From contig JBKEAH010000033.1 in NCBI GenBank assembly GCA_047972065.1, positions 403 through 64,402 of the forward strand: a DNA stretch of 64,000 nucleotides, written 5' to 3'. The translations under genes and the position numbers were made by a program. Positions 25,521 through 34,013 of this stretch are shown here, one piece after another. The DNA comes from Desertimonas sp. Its GTDB lineage: Bacteria; Actinomycetota; Acidimicrobiia; Acidimicrobiales; Ilumatobacteraceae. How positions within the stretch are numbered: the stretch's first letter is position 1; every line of letters begins with the position of its first letter. The notes beneath the pieces were generated by a model, which was not told where the DNA came from, ran no database searches, and was given only the letters and a program-made list of their open reading frames with translations.

Positions 25521-27139
25521 GCGACCGGGGCGCCGCGAGCGGCGTCGGAGGACTCGACCAGGGCACCAGCGAGCCGATCCACGGCGTCGGCCCGGCGGCC
25601 CGGGGAGTCGGTGCTCAGATCGTGGGCTTCGAGCGGGTCGGCGACCAGGTCGAACAGCAGATCCTCGCCGGAGGACCAGCGGGTGTACTTCAACCCGTCG
25701 GCGCCGACCAGCGTGCGCGAGCGCGCCGGGATGTGACCGGCCGCCGCGATCGCGTCGGCGACATCGTCTTCGATCAGCAACCACTCGTGTCCGGATGTCT
25801 CGGATCCCTCCAACAGCGGCATCAGCGATCGGCCCTGCATCCCGACGTGCTCGGGGAGGCCGGCGGCGTCGAGCAAGGTCTGCGCGAGGTCGATCGTGCC
25901 GACCAACGCCGAGGACCGGCCGGTGAGGACACCGGGCCCGGCCATCACCAGCGGCACCGCCTGGGTGCCGCGGTAGGGCATGAACCCCTTCAGCAACAGG
26001 CCGTGCTCGCCCATCATGTCGCCGTGGTCGCTGGTGAACACCACGATCGTGTCGTCGGTCTGGCCGAGCTCGTCGACCGCGGCGAGGATCGAACCGACCG
26101 CGTCGTCGATCATCTCGATGGTGCCGTAGTTGGCGGCCAGGCACTCCTGGACCAGCACGGGGTCGTCTCCGGCACCGGTCACACCGACCCAGCCGCGCTG
26201 TTGCGCCGGCGAGGTGGCACGGACCCGACGAAGGTACGCCGGGGCGCTCGCCAACGGGTCGCCGAGCGTGACCGGGAGCGGCATGTCCTCGGGTCGGTGA
26301 CGGTGATACCACTCCCCCGGCGGGGTGAAGGGATGGTGGGGGTCGGGGAACGATGCCATCGCCAGCCACGGCGACGATTCGCCGGCGGCCTGGCGCACGA
26401 ACCGGATCGTCTCGTCACGCACGAACGACGTCGAGTGCAGCTCGGGGTCGTAGGGCGGCTGATACACCTGCCACCAGCGCCCGGAACGCTCCAGCGCCGG
26501 CGCCTCGATCGAGTAGGGCACCAGGACGTCCTCGAGGCGCGCCCCGCGATCGAGGGCCCAGCGGAGATGGTGGCCCGACATCCGAGCACCGTGATCGATG
26601 GCCAGACGGATCGTGTCGAAGCCGTAGAAGTCCTCGGGGTCTTCGGGCCACCGATCGACGTAGCGCTCAAAGTCCTCGACCTCGTCCCAGCCCGTCGGCC
26701 ACGGGTCGGCGACCACCGGCTCGGCGTGCTCGGGGAACACGGCGTTGCGGCTCATCCCGTGTTGCAGGTGCGACTTGCCCAGCAGCCCGGTCCGCCAACC
26801 GGCTGAACGGAACGCCCGCACGAAGGTGGCCGCACCCCACTCCAACGAGCGGTCGTTGAAGATCACCCCGTGCGCCGAGGGCATCCGGCCGGTCATGATC
26901 GTCGAGCGGTTGGGCATGCACACCGGGTTGGCGACCCAGGCGTTGTCGAACACCGTGCCGCGCGCGGCCAGCGCATCGAGGTGCGGCGTGCGCACCACAG
27001 CGTTGCCGGCGAACCCGGCGTGATCGGCCCGCTGCTGATCGGTGACGATCAACAAGATGTTCGGACGAGCCCCGACGGCGCGTCCCATGACGTCGTTCAC
27101 GGCGCGGACCGTACTCGGGCCGGCCGACCGATCGATCAC
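25511..27139 (-). CDS. Cys-type sulfatase (arylsulfatase family)
   Basis: PNILLIVTDQQRADH, then the formylglycine motif CMPNRSTIMTGR (CxPxR). No obvious signal peptide. Confidence 0.85.
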   Translation of the reverse strand: MIDRSAGPSTVRAVNDVMGRAVGARPNILLIVTDQQRADHAGFAGNAVVRTPHLDALAARGTVFDNAWVANPVCMPNRSTIMTGRMPSAHGVIFNDRSLEWGAATFVRAFRSAGWRTGLLGKSHLQHGMSRNAVFPEHAEPVVADPWPTGWDEVEDFERYVDRWPEDPEDFYGFDTIRLAIDHGARMSGHHLRWALDRGARLEDVLVPYSIEAPALERSGRWWQVYQPPYDPELHSTSFVRDETIRFVRQAAGESSPWLAMASFPDPHHPFTPPGEWYHRHRPEDMPLPVTLGDPLASAPAYLRRVRATSPAQQRGWVGVTGAGDDPVLVQECLAANYGTIEMIDDAVGSILAAVDELGQTDDTIVVFTSDHGDMMGEHGLLLKGFMPYRGTQAVPLVMAGPGVLTGRSSALVGTIDLAQTLLDAAGLPEHVGMQGRSLMPLLEGSETSGHEWLLIEDDVADAIAAAGHIPARSRTLVGADGLKYTRWSSGEDLLFDLVADPLEAHDLSTDSPGRRADAVDRLAGALVESSDAARGAPVAPG

Positions 27140-27201
27140 CCCGCAGCCGCCCAGGAGCAGCCCGGCGCCGGGTCGGCACCGGACCCGACATCACGTCACG
27201 C

Positions 27202-27729
27202 TCAGCCGCTGGCGCGCTCGATGGCCGCCGCGATCGACGGACCGTCGGCACGGCCGGTGAGCCGTTCGGTGCTGCCATCGGCGGCGACGATCACGGCCGC
27301 CGGTTGGGCCAGCACGTCGAATCGGGCGAACACCTCGCCGGCTTCGTCGTCGATCTGCGGGAAGGTCAGCTGGTGGCGTTCGATGAAGTCGAGGAACTCA
27401 TCGGTGTTGCCGGACCAGGCGACGCCGACGACGTTGACCTCGTCACCCAAGCGTTCGGCGACCGCCTCGACCGAGGCGGCTTCGGCGTTGCAGGTGGCTC
27501 AATACGGCGCCCAGAACCAGAAGACGACGGGCTCACCGGCGTAGGCCCGGAGATCGAAGTCGGTGCCGTCGACCAATGGCGCGCTGAAGTCCAACACCGG
27601 AGGCACCGTCACTGCGCCGGACGCTGCACCGGGTGCACTTGCGACACCGGACGTCGTCTCCTGGCCGTCGCTCCCGCCGCAGGCCATGAGCGTGACGACC
27701 AGCCCCACGATCATCGACACACGCGGCAC
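27202..27729 (-). CDS. thioredoxin-fold TlpA/ResA-like lipoprotein with in-frame TGA (candidate selenoprotein, UxxC)
   Basis: Track ORFs 27499..27729 and 27202..27450 share one frame and are joined by TGA 27499-27501 plus 16 sense codons. The lipobox is LMAC. Read through, the product is VVFWFWAPY-U-ATCNAEA... with the redoxin fold continuing downstream. Confidence 0.6.
27460..27480 (-). promoter_or_regulatory. SECIS-like hairpin downstream of the in-frame UGA
   Basis: The mRNA can form GCCGCCUC-GGUC-GAGGCGGU, an 8-bp stem including one G-U pair, with a loop starting GG. The stem begins 18 nt after the UGA, so the apical loop starts 26 nt after it. Confidence 0.45.
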
Positions 27730-27791
27730 GGGCAGAGCGTAGTCCTGGCCCGGCTACCTTCAATGAGGCCACCGAGCCGAGGAGGACCGCG

Positions 27792-28025
27792 ATGGCCATC
27801 AAGGACGATGACGGGGTCAGCAGCACCATCACCCCGCGCCGCGACGGTCCACTGGTGGTCGAGGGACGAGTGTCGTTGGTTGGTGCCGACGGCACCGAGG
27901 AGACCCACGAGCGCCTCTTCCTCTGCCGCTGCGGCGCATCGGGAAACAAGCCGATGTGCGACGGCACCCACAAGCGGATCGGGTTCGAGGCCTCCGGCGT
28001 CGCTCCACCACCGCGTTCGACCTGA
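27792..28025 (+). CDS. CDGSH iron-sulfur domain protein
   Basis: A perfect CDGSH signature CRCGASGNKPMCDGTH (C-x-C-x2-S-x3-P-x-C-D-G-T-H). Strong SD GAGGAGGA lies 5 nt upstream. Confidence 0.85.
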   Translation: MAIKDDDGVSSTITPRRDGPLVVEGRVSLVGADGTEETHERLFLCRCGASGNKPMCDGTHKRIGFEASGVAPPPRST

Positions 28026-28061
28026 TCGAGGGGGTGACACCCCCGTGCGCATGATGGCGCG

Positions 28062-28508
28062 ATGACCGCCACCGTGATCCGCTTTCCCGTCGAGCGACGC
28101 ACGCCGTCCCCGGCGGCGGCGCCGACCGACGGGGTCGAGCAGGCCCACGCCGTGCTCGACGCCGCAGCGCGGTGGATCGAGCACGAGCCCGCCGAGGTAA
28201 TCGTGCTCTGCCAGCGTGGCTTCGAGATGTTGACCGCGGCCGGGCCCGACATCGACGACGACGCATCCCTCCACCTGGTCGCCGCCCGTCTGGGTGAGCT
28301 GCACCGACAGGCGGCCACGGCCATCGGCGCCGACACCGGCGAGGTGACCACCCGGCTGGGCAACGGCTGGCGGCGCTGCCCAACCCTCACCCGCCACTTC
28401 GTCCAGGGTGCCGAGCACCCGGCCGGGCCCGGTCGTTCGATCAGCGCCGCGGTGGCGGCCGCCCGGCGACGACATCCGACTGCCGGCTTCCCACGCCAGA
28501 TCGGCTGA
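28062..28508 (+). CDS. hypothetical protein
   Basis: 148-aa ORF with GC3-rich codons, convergent with recA. No recognisable domain. Confidence 0.5.
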   Translation: MTATVIRFPVERRTPSPAAAPTDGVEQAHAVLDAAARWIEHEPAEVIVLCQRGFEMLTAAGPDIDDDASLHLVAARLGELHRQAATAIGADTGEVTTRLGNGWRRCPTLTRHFVQGAEHPAGPGRSISAAVAAARRRHPTAGFPRQIG

Positions 28509-28534
28509 GCCGCGCCGGGCCCGGCGGCCGTCGG

Positions 28535-29614
28535 TCAGTCGAGCTCGATCGGCTGATCGTCAGCCGTGCTGTACTCGTCGGGCGCACCGTTGGCCTCGGG
28601 ATCGTCGTCGCCCGGCTTGAGCCCGGCGGCGGCGAGCACTCGATCGCTGATCTCGACCATGATCTCGGGGTTGGCAGTGAGGAAGTTCTTGGCGTTCTCC
28701 CGGCCCTGACCCAGCTGCTCGCCCTCGTAGGTGAACCAGGCGCCCGACTTCTTGACGATGCCGAGATCGACCGCCATGTCGATCAGCGAGCCTTCGCGGC
28801 TGATGCCCTTGCCGTACATGATGTCGAACTCGGCCTGTCGGAACGGTGGCGACACCTTGTTCTTGACGACCTTCACCCGGGTGCGGTTGCCGACCACCTC
28901 GGCGCCGTCCTTCAGCGACTCGATGCGCCGGATGTCGAGACGGACCGAGGAGTAGAACTTCAAGGCCCGCCCGCCCGGCGTCGTCTCGGGCGACCCGAAC
29001 ATGACGCCGATCTTCTCCCGCAGTTGGTTGATGAAGATGGCGATGGTCTTGGTCTTGTTGAGGTTGCCGGTGAGCTTGCGCAGGGCCTGGCTCATCAAGC
29101 GGGCCTGGAGACCGACATGGCTGTCGCCCATCTCGCCTTCGATCTCGGCCCTCGGCGTCAGCGCGGCGACCGAGTCGATGACGACGACGTCGAGCGCACC
29201 GGAGCGGACGAGCATGTCGCAGATCTCCAGCGCCTGCTCGCCGGTGTCGGGCTGGGAGATCAGGAGCTGGTCGATGTCGACCCCGATCGCCTTGGCGTAG
29301 ATCGGGTCCATCGCGTGCTCGGCGTCGATGTACGCACACACGCCACCGTTGCGCTGCGCCTCGGCGACGACGTGCATGGCGAGCGTCGACTTGCCCGAGG
29401 ACTCGGGACCGTAGATCTCGGTGACGCGACCACGGGGCAGACCCCCGATGCCGAGGGCGAGATCGAGCGAGAGGGCACCGGTGGGCACCGACTCGATGGC
29501 CATCGTGCCCTTCTCGCCCATCCGCATGATGGATCCCTTGCCGTACTGCTTGTCGATCTGGGCCAAGGCCAAGTCGAGTGCCTTGTCGCGGTTCGGATCG
29601 CGTTCGTTGGTCAT
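28535..29614 (-). CDS. recA: recombinase RecA
   Basis: [19 protein letters not shown], with Walker [15 protein letters not shown] 29614 is preferred over the upstream GTG 29641. Confidence 0.95.
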   Translation of the reverse strand: MTNERDPNRDKALDLALAQIDKQYGKGSIMRMGEKGTMAIESVPTGALSLDLALGIGGLPRGRVTEIYGPESSGKSTLAMHVVAEAQRNGGVCAYIDAEHAMDPIYAKAIGVDIDQLLISQPDTGEQALEICDMLVRSGALDVVVIDSVAALTPRAEIEGEMGDSHVGLQARLMSQALRKLTGNLNKTKTIAIFINQLREKIGVMFGSPETTPGGRALKFYSSVRLDIRRIESLKDGAEVVGNRTRVKVVKNKVSPPFRQAEFDIMYGKGISREGSLIDMAVDLGIVKKSGAWFTYEGEQLGQGRENAKNFLTANPEIMVEISDRVLAAAGLKPGDDDPEANGAPDEYSTADDQPIELD

Positions 29615-29724
29615 GGTCTGCCTGCTTTCACGCTTGCTCACGGTCGGAGTGGGTCGGAACGACCGAGGACGGTTGCAACGGACCCTAGGAAGGGGGTGTC
29701 ACAGCGATCCGTGCGAATGACAGC

Positions 29725-29754
29725 AGTGTAAGAGCGAACGGGCGTTCGAGTCAA
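29725..29754 (-). promoter_or_regulatory. recA promoter with embedded SOS box
   Basis: On the minus strand: TTGACT (29754-29749), an 18-nt spacer, then TACACT (29730-29725). The spacer contains CGAACgcccGTTCG (29735-29748), a core-perfect actinobacterial SOS box. Confidence 0.65.
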
Positions 29755-30185
29755 GGATCGGGCGTGTCGGCGACCCGCCGGGACCGCCAGTGCACCGGTG
29801 GCGGCGTCCCATCCCCCTCGACCGGGGGGTGCATCGCCAGATCGACCCCCTGCCAGAGGGTGTAGCTGACCGGGTAGACGACCACGGGCAGGACCAACGC
29901 CCCGAGCCCCAGGATCACCAACAGCGGGAGCACCGGAAGGTTCGGCCACGTGACGACGATGGCGAACGCAAAGGCGACGACCAGGCTGCCCAGGCAGACG
30001 ATCGCGCTGATCGCCATCGCCCCCACCTCGAAGCCCTCGTAGCCGCGGTGCCAGGTGATGCCGCAGGTGCGACAGCGGTCCTCTTTGGTGAACCAGCCGT
30101 TGAAGAAGGCCCCCCGGCCGCCGCACCACGCGCAGCGGCGACGCAGCCCCCGCCACAGCATCGTCGGCAGCGTCGGTCGGGTCAC
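29751..30185 (-). CDS. DUF983-like zinc-ribbon membrane protein
   Basis: CAWCGG...CRTCG forms a CxxC...CxxC zinc ribbon, followed by two TM segments. 144 aa. Confidence 0.6.
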   Translation of the reverse strand: MTRPTLPTMLWRGLRRRCAWCGGRGAFFNGWFTKEDRCRTCGITWHRGYEGFEVGAMAISAIVCLGSLVVAFAFAIVVTWPNLPVLPLLVILGLGALVLPVVVYPVSYTLWQGVDLAMHPPVEGDGTPPPVHWRSRRVADTPDP

Positions 30186-30259
30186 CCCCTGGATGGTACG
30201 GCGGGCGCGCCCGTGTCCGCCCGTGGCGTCGGGGGACCGATCGGCGAGACTGCACGCCG

Positions 30260-31075
30260 ATGCGTCGCGGACTGGCCAGCCTCCTGTTCACCATCGCCGG
30301 TGCCTGCCTGGCGCTCGCCGGTGGCGGCTGGTGGCTGCAGCGGGTCGCCTTCGACACGTCGACCAGTGCCGAGATCGCCGACGTCGTCGTGCGCGATCCG
30401 GGCATCCGCAACCAGTTGGCCACCGTGATCTCGGCATCGGCCGCCGACCAACTGGGCGTGTCCACCAGCGATCTCAGCACCGTCGTGCGCCAGTACATCG
30501 ACAACCAGGACACGACGCTCAACGCGGTGCTCCGCCAGATCGTCACCGACTCCCACGCCCGCCTCATCGGCGAGCGCGACGAACCCGTGCAACTCACCGG
30601 CGCCCAACTCGTCCCCGTCGTGCGCGACGAGCGAGCACTGGCCCTGCCCCCGATCACATTGCCCGTCCAGCCGGTCACCGCGCTCAACGTCGTGCGGATC
30701 ACGCTGCAGTGGTTCGTCCCCGCAGCGGCGATCGCCGGTGCGGTGGCGATGCTGCTGGGCTTCATCGCCCATCCACGCAAGGCCGACGCGGTGTTCGGGG
30801 TCGGGGTCTTCCTCATCTTCGGCGCGATCGCCGTCGTCGTCCTCGGCTGGCTGGTACCGGTGTACGCGCTCCCCGAAGCGACGACCGCCGAGTGGATGGC
30901 GGTCATCCCGGTGGTCGCCGAGCACTATCTGCCCTTCGTCATCACCGCAGCGGTCGCGTTCGTGGTCGGTGGCGTCGGGCTGATGATCGCCAGCACGACC
31001 CTCGGCCGACGCCGCCACTGGCGGACCCCGGTCGACACCAGCCGGTACAACGAGCAGCGCCGCTGGTCACGCTGA
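30260..31075 (+). CDS. hypothetical membrane protein
   Basis: 271 aa with an N-terminal TM, a soluble domain and 3-4 C-terminal TM segments. No family recognised. Confidence 0.5.
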   Translation: MRRGLASLLFTIAGACLALAGGGWWLQRVAFDTSTSAEIADVVVRDPGIRNQLATVISASAADQLGVSTSDLSTVVRQYIDNQDTTLNAVLRQIVTDSHARLIGERDEPVQLTGAQLVPVVRDERALALPPITLPVQPVTALNVVRITLQWFVPAAAIAGAVAMLLGFIAHPRKADAVFGVGVFLIFGAIAVVVLGWLVPVYALPEATTAEWMAVIPVVAEHYLPFVITAAVAFVVGGVGLMIASTTLGRRRHWRTPVDTSRYNEQRRWSR

Positions 31076-31810
31076 TTCGGCGGCCCGGGGCTCGGGCCAT
31101 CCCGGGGCGAGGCCGACGCCGTCGTCATCTCCCTCGGGGATCGGCTCGGTGAAGGTGTAGAGCAGCGCCTCCAGCCCAAGCCCGAGCAGCGTCCATTCCG
31201 TCCCCACGCCTTCGCCCAGGTTCGGACGGTGGATCCGTGGCAGGCGACACCGTCCGGCGTCCTGGATGGCGAGCCCCTCGTCGAGGGCCGCGATCAGCCG
31301 GGCGATGTGATGGATCGTCATCGGCGGGCGCAGCCGACGCCGCCACATCGTGAGCAACGCCTCGTACAGCTCGACGTGGGCCGCGAGCCCCTCCTCGACG
31401 CGGGCGTCGCTGGCCGCCAGCAGATCGGAGTCGTGCACCGCGGCGGCGCGGAGCGCGAAGAAGGTGTAGAAGCGCATCGCGTTGGACGCGTAGAGGTCGG
31501 CACTGAGCTGCGAGCCGAGCCGCAGCACCTCGCGCTCGGGAGCCCCGGCGTCGACGGCATGCCGGATGGCGTGCACGAGGTCGGCCACCGATGACCGGTC
31601 CCGCCACGCCAGCGCGGCCCGCGCCAGGTCGCGGTGGAAGTCCTCCTGGCGCGCCCAGCACTTGTACACCGCTCCCGTGGTGTACCCGGCGCGCTGGGCC
31701 GCAGCCGCCAGCTTCACCCTCGTCACCCCGACGTCCGGCCCGGCCTCGAGAAAGAGCTCGATGCCTGCCGCCAACACTGCTTCTCTGGTCGCCGCCCGCC
31801 CCACGGCCAT
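31067..31810 (-). CDS. TetR-family transcriptional regulator
   Basis: From ATG 31810: AATREAVLAAGIELFLEAGPDVGVTRVKLAAAAQRAGYTTGAVYKCW is a TetR-type HTH. The upstream part of the track ORF is AT-richer and carries palindromes. Confidence 0.65.
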   Translation of the reverse strand: MAVGRAATREAVLAAGIELFLEAGPDVGVTRVKLAAAAQRAGYTTGAVYKCWARQEDFHRDLARAALAWRDRSSVADLVHAIRHAVDAGAPEREVLRLGSQLSADLYASNAMRFYTFFALRAAAVHDSDLLAASDARVEEGLAAHVELYEALLTMWRRRLRPPMTIHHIARLIAALDEGLAIQDAGRCRLPRIHRPNLGEGVGTEWTLLGLGLEALLYTFTEPIPEGDDDGVGLAPGWPEPRAAESA

Positions 31811-32143
31811 GAGGCTGGCCGATCGCGGACACCGGTTCAAGCATCGTGCGACAAGAAGTCTCACGATGGCGATGTCAAGGTGTGATGAGAAAATTCTCTC
31901 TTCGGGCTCCGGGTGGGACATCGCGGCTCTCCGCTGCCATCCTCTGCCCAGCGGAGCGAACCCGAAACATCGGGTTGACGGCGCGGCAGCACCGGCCCGA
32001 GCGATCTTGGCGGAACGTGTCGGGCAGGCGCTTTCGAATCCCCGGACGACGAAGGCGGAGACCCGGGGGTTCGGGCCGCGCGCCCCCGATCAGGTCGGTG
32101 GCCTGGGCAGGAGCACCGTCACGCCCGCCGACCGGATCGGCGT

Positions 32144-33532
32144 CTACGAGGTCAGCTCGGCCGCGAACTCGGCAAACACGTCGGCATAGCGCATCGTGTC
32201 GGCTTCGTCGTGCATCACCGAGACCAGCCACTGCTCGTCGAGACCCGGCGGCAGCAGCACCCCACGGTTGATGCCGTGGATCCACTGTGCGAACGCCAGC
32301 GTGAAGTCGGTGCCGCCCTTGTAGTCGCGATAGTTGCGGACCCGGTCGAGCGACCAGGTGATGCAACCCTTGGCGCCGAAGCGGACCGTGTGAGCCGGCA
32401 GGTCGTGGCGCTCGACCACCGCCTGGCAGGCATCGGTGAGCCGGTCGTTGCGGGCGATCGCGGCGTCGGTGGCAGCGCGGTCGCACGCCTCGGTCAAGGT
32501 CGCCTTGCACGCCGCCATCACCAACGGGTTGCCGTTGTAGGTGCCGAGATGGAGAACCTTCATCTGCGTGATCAGGTCCATGTACTCCTGCGTGCCGCCG
32601 AACGCACCCACCGGGAAGCCACCACCGATCGACTTGGCCAGCGTGACGAGGTCCGGGTCGGCCCCGAAGTGGCCGGTCGCGCCGCCGTAGCCGGCCGTGA
32701 TGCCGGTCTTGACCTCGTCGAGGATGAGCAGCGTGCCATGCCGACGGGTGATGTCGCGGATCGCCTGGTGGTAGCCGGGGTCGGGCAGGCAGATCCCGAT
32801 GTTCTCCATCACCGGTTCGACGATGAAGCAGGCGACATCGTGGGTTGCCAGGGACCGCTCGAGGGCCGCGGGATCGTTGTAGGGGACGACGATCGTGTCC
32901 TCGACGATGTGGCGGGTCAGCCCGGCCGTGCCCGGCACCGAGTGGGGTGCGTCGGCCGGTCCGGCCGACTCGAGCGGCGGCTTCATCGAGATCATCACCT
33001 CGTCGTGATGACCGTGGTAGCCGCCCTCGACCTTGACGATCTTGTCCCGCCCCGTCGCCCCCTTGGCGAGACGGATGGCGTCCATCGTCGCCTCGGTGCC
33101 CGAGTTGGTGAAACGCCACATCGGCAGGCCGTAGCGATCGCGCAACAGCTCGGCGACCTCGGCGTTGAGCTCACACGGGGTGACGTACAGCGAGCCCTCG
33201 TCGAGCTGGGCGGCCACGGCACGACGCACCGCCGGGTTCATGTGGCCGGCGAACAGCGCCCCGAAGCCCATGTCGTAGTCGACGTACTCGTTGCCGTCGA
33301 CGTCGATCATCCGGGCGCCGGCGGCGTGACGGACCACGATCGGGTGCGGGTCGTATGCCTGGAAGCTCGACGGGACCCCGGCGGGCAGCACCGCACGGGC
33401 ACGATCGGTGGCCTGCTGCGAGCCGGTGGTGCGGGCCGCATAGACGGCGAGCTCACGCTTGGTGATCGCCTCGGCTCGGCGGACGAGCTCGGGGGCCACG
33501 GCCCCTCCGGCGGACGGTTGGGTCGCGGTCAT
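32144..33532 (-). CDS. class III (omega/GSA-like) PLP aminotransferase
   Basis: 462 aa with DYDMGFGALFAGHMNP, ILDEVKTG and the AKSIGGG lysine region, typical of the aspartate aminotransferase family class III. Confidence 0.85.
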   Translation of the reverse strand: MTATQPSAGGAVAPELVRRAEAITKRELAVYAARTTGSQQATDRARAVLPAGVPSSFQAYDPHPIVVRHAAGARMIDVDGNEYVDYDMGFGALFAGHMNPAVRRAVAAQLDEGSLYVTPCELNAEVAELLRDRYGLPMWRFTNSGTEATMDAIRLAKGATGRDKIVKVEGGYHGHHDEVMISMKPPLESAGPADAPHSVPGTAGLTRHIVEDTIVVPYNDPAALERSLATHDVACFIVEPVMENIGICLPDPGYHQAIRDITRRHGTLLILDEVKTGITAGYGGATGHFGADPDLVTLAKSIGGGFPVGAFGGTQEYMDLITQMKVLHLGTYNGNPLVMAACKATLTEACDRAATDAAIARNDRLTDACQAVVERHDLPAHTVRFGAKGCITWSLDRVRNYRDYKGGTDFTLAFAQWIHGINRGVLLPPGLDEQWLVSVMHDEADTMRYADVFAEFAAELTS

Positions 33533-33660
33533 TCGGTATCACATCCCCTGAACAGGACTTGCCGGACCGTGCGGCGTTGGTGGATTCGCCACGCTACCAG
33601 GCGATGCGGATCACCCTGTGGAGTCGGTCGAGCCTCGTGGCAGACTGTCGCCCTCCACAT

Positions 33661-33739
33661 GGTGGGCGTAGCTCAGCTCGGTTAGAGCGCCAGGTTGTGG
33701 CCCTGGAGGTCGGGGGTTCAAGTCCCCTCGCTCACCCCA
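33661..33739 (+). tRNA. tRNA-His (GTG)
   Basis: Hand-folded cloverleaf with anticodon loop TTGTGGC and T-loop TTCAAGT. An encoded G-1 pairs with C73 (a His identity element). The 3' CCA is encoded. Confidence 0.93.
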
Positions 33740-33795
33740 ATCGGATGGACGGTGTACGGGGCGCCCCGGCGCTCCGTACACTGCCCGCCCGCACC

Positions 33796-33867
33796 GCGCC
33801 TCTAGCTCAACGGCAGAGCAGTGGACTCTTAATCCATTGGTTCTGGGTTCGAATCCCAGGGGGCGCA
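33796..33867 (+). tRNA. tRNA-Lys (CTT)
   Basis: Acceptor GCGCCTC/GGGGCGC, anticodon loop CTCTTAA, T-arm CTGGG-TTCGAAT-CCCAG and discriminator A. CCA is not fully encoded. Confidence 0.93.
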
Positions 33868-34013
33868 CCGTCAGCTCGTCGGAGTGTTGGACGTTGACCG
33901 AGTGTCAGCGGACACGACGTGTCGACCCCCAACACTCGGATGTGCTCCGACATTCGGCCCGTTGACCAGCCGCCTGCCTGGTGCCGGAACACGCCGATGG
34001 CGGCGCCCGACCC

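Noticed and set aside
27711-28475. A minus-strand 254-aa ORF downstream of recA as a possible recX.
   Set aside because: It has no RecX-like helical-repeat sequence. It is low-complexity and antisense to a plus-strand ORF with better codon structure and to the CDGSH gene.
32031-32050. A 10-nt match (TTCGAATCCC) to the tRNA-Lys T-arm in the 330-bp spacer upstream of the TetR-family gene, as a possible att scar or tRNA remnant.
   Set aside because: The flanking bases cannot form a T-stem or acceptor stem, and the match does not extend. The spacer is otherwise explained by two terminator-like hairpins (31929-31956, 31959-31976) plus the TetR promoter region.
33661-34013. An integrated element at the tRNA-His/tRNA-Lys pair. 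The inverted repeat GAGTGTTGG...CCAACACTC at 33882-33937 follows tRNA-Lys.
   Set aside because: There is no integrase, excisionase or phage-like gene on either side, and no duplicated tRNA 3' end nearby. The inverted repeat is adequately explained as a terminator between tRNA-Lys and the convergent patB-like gene.
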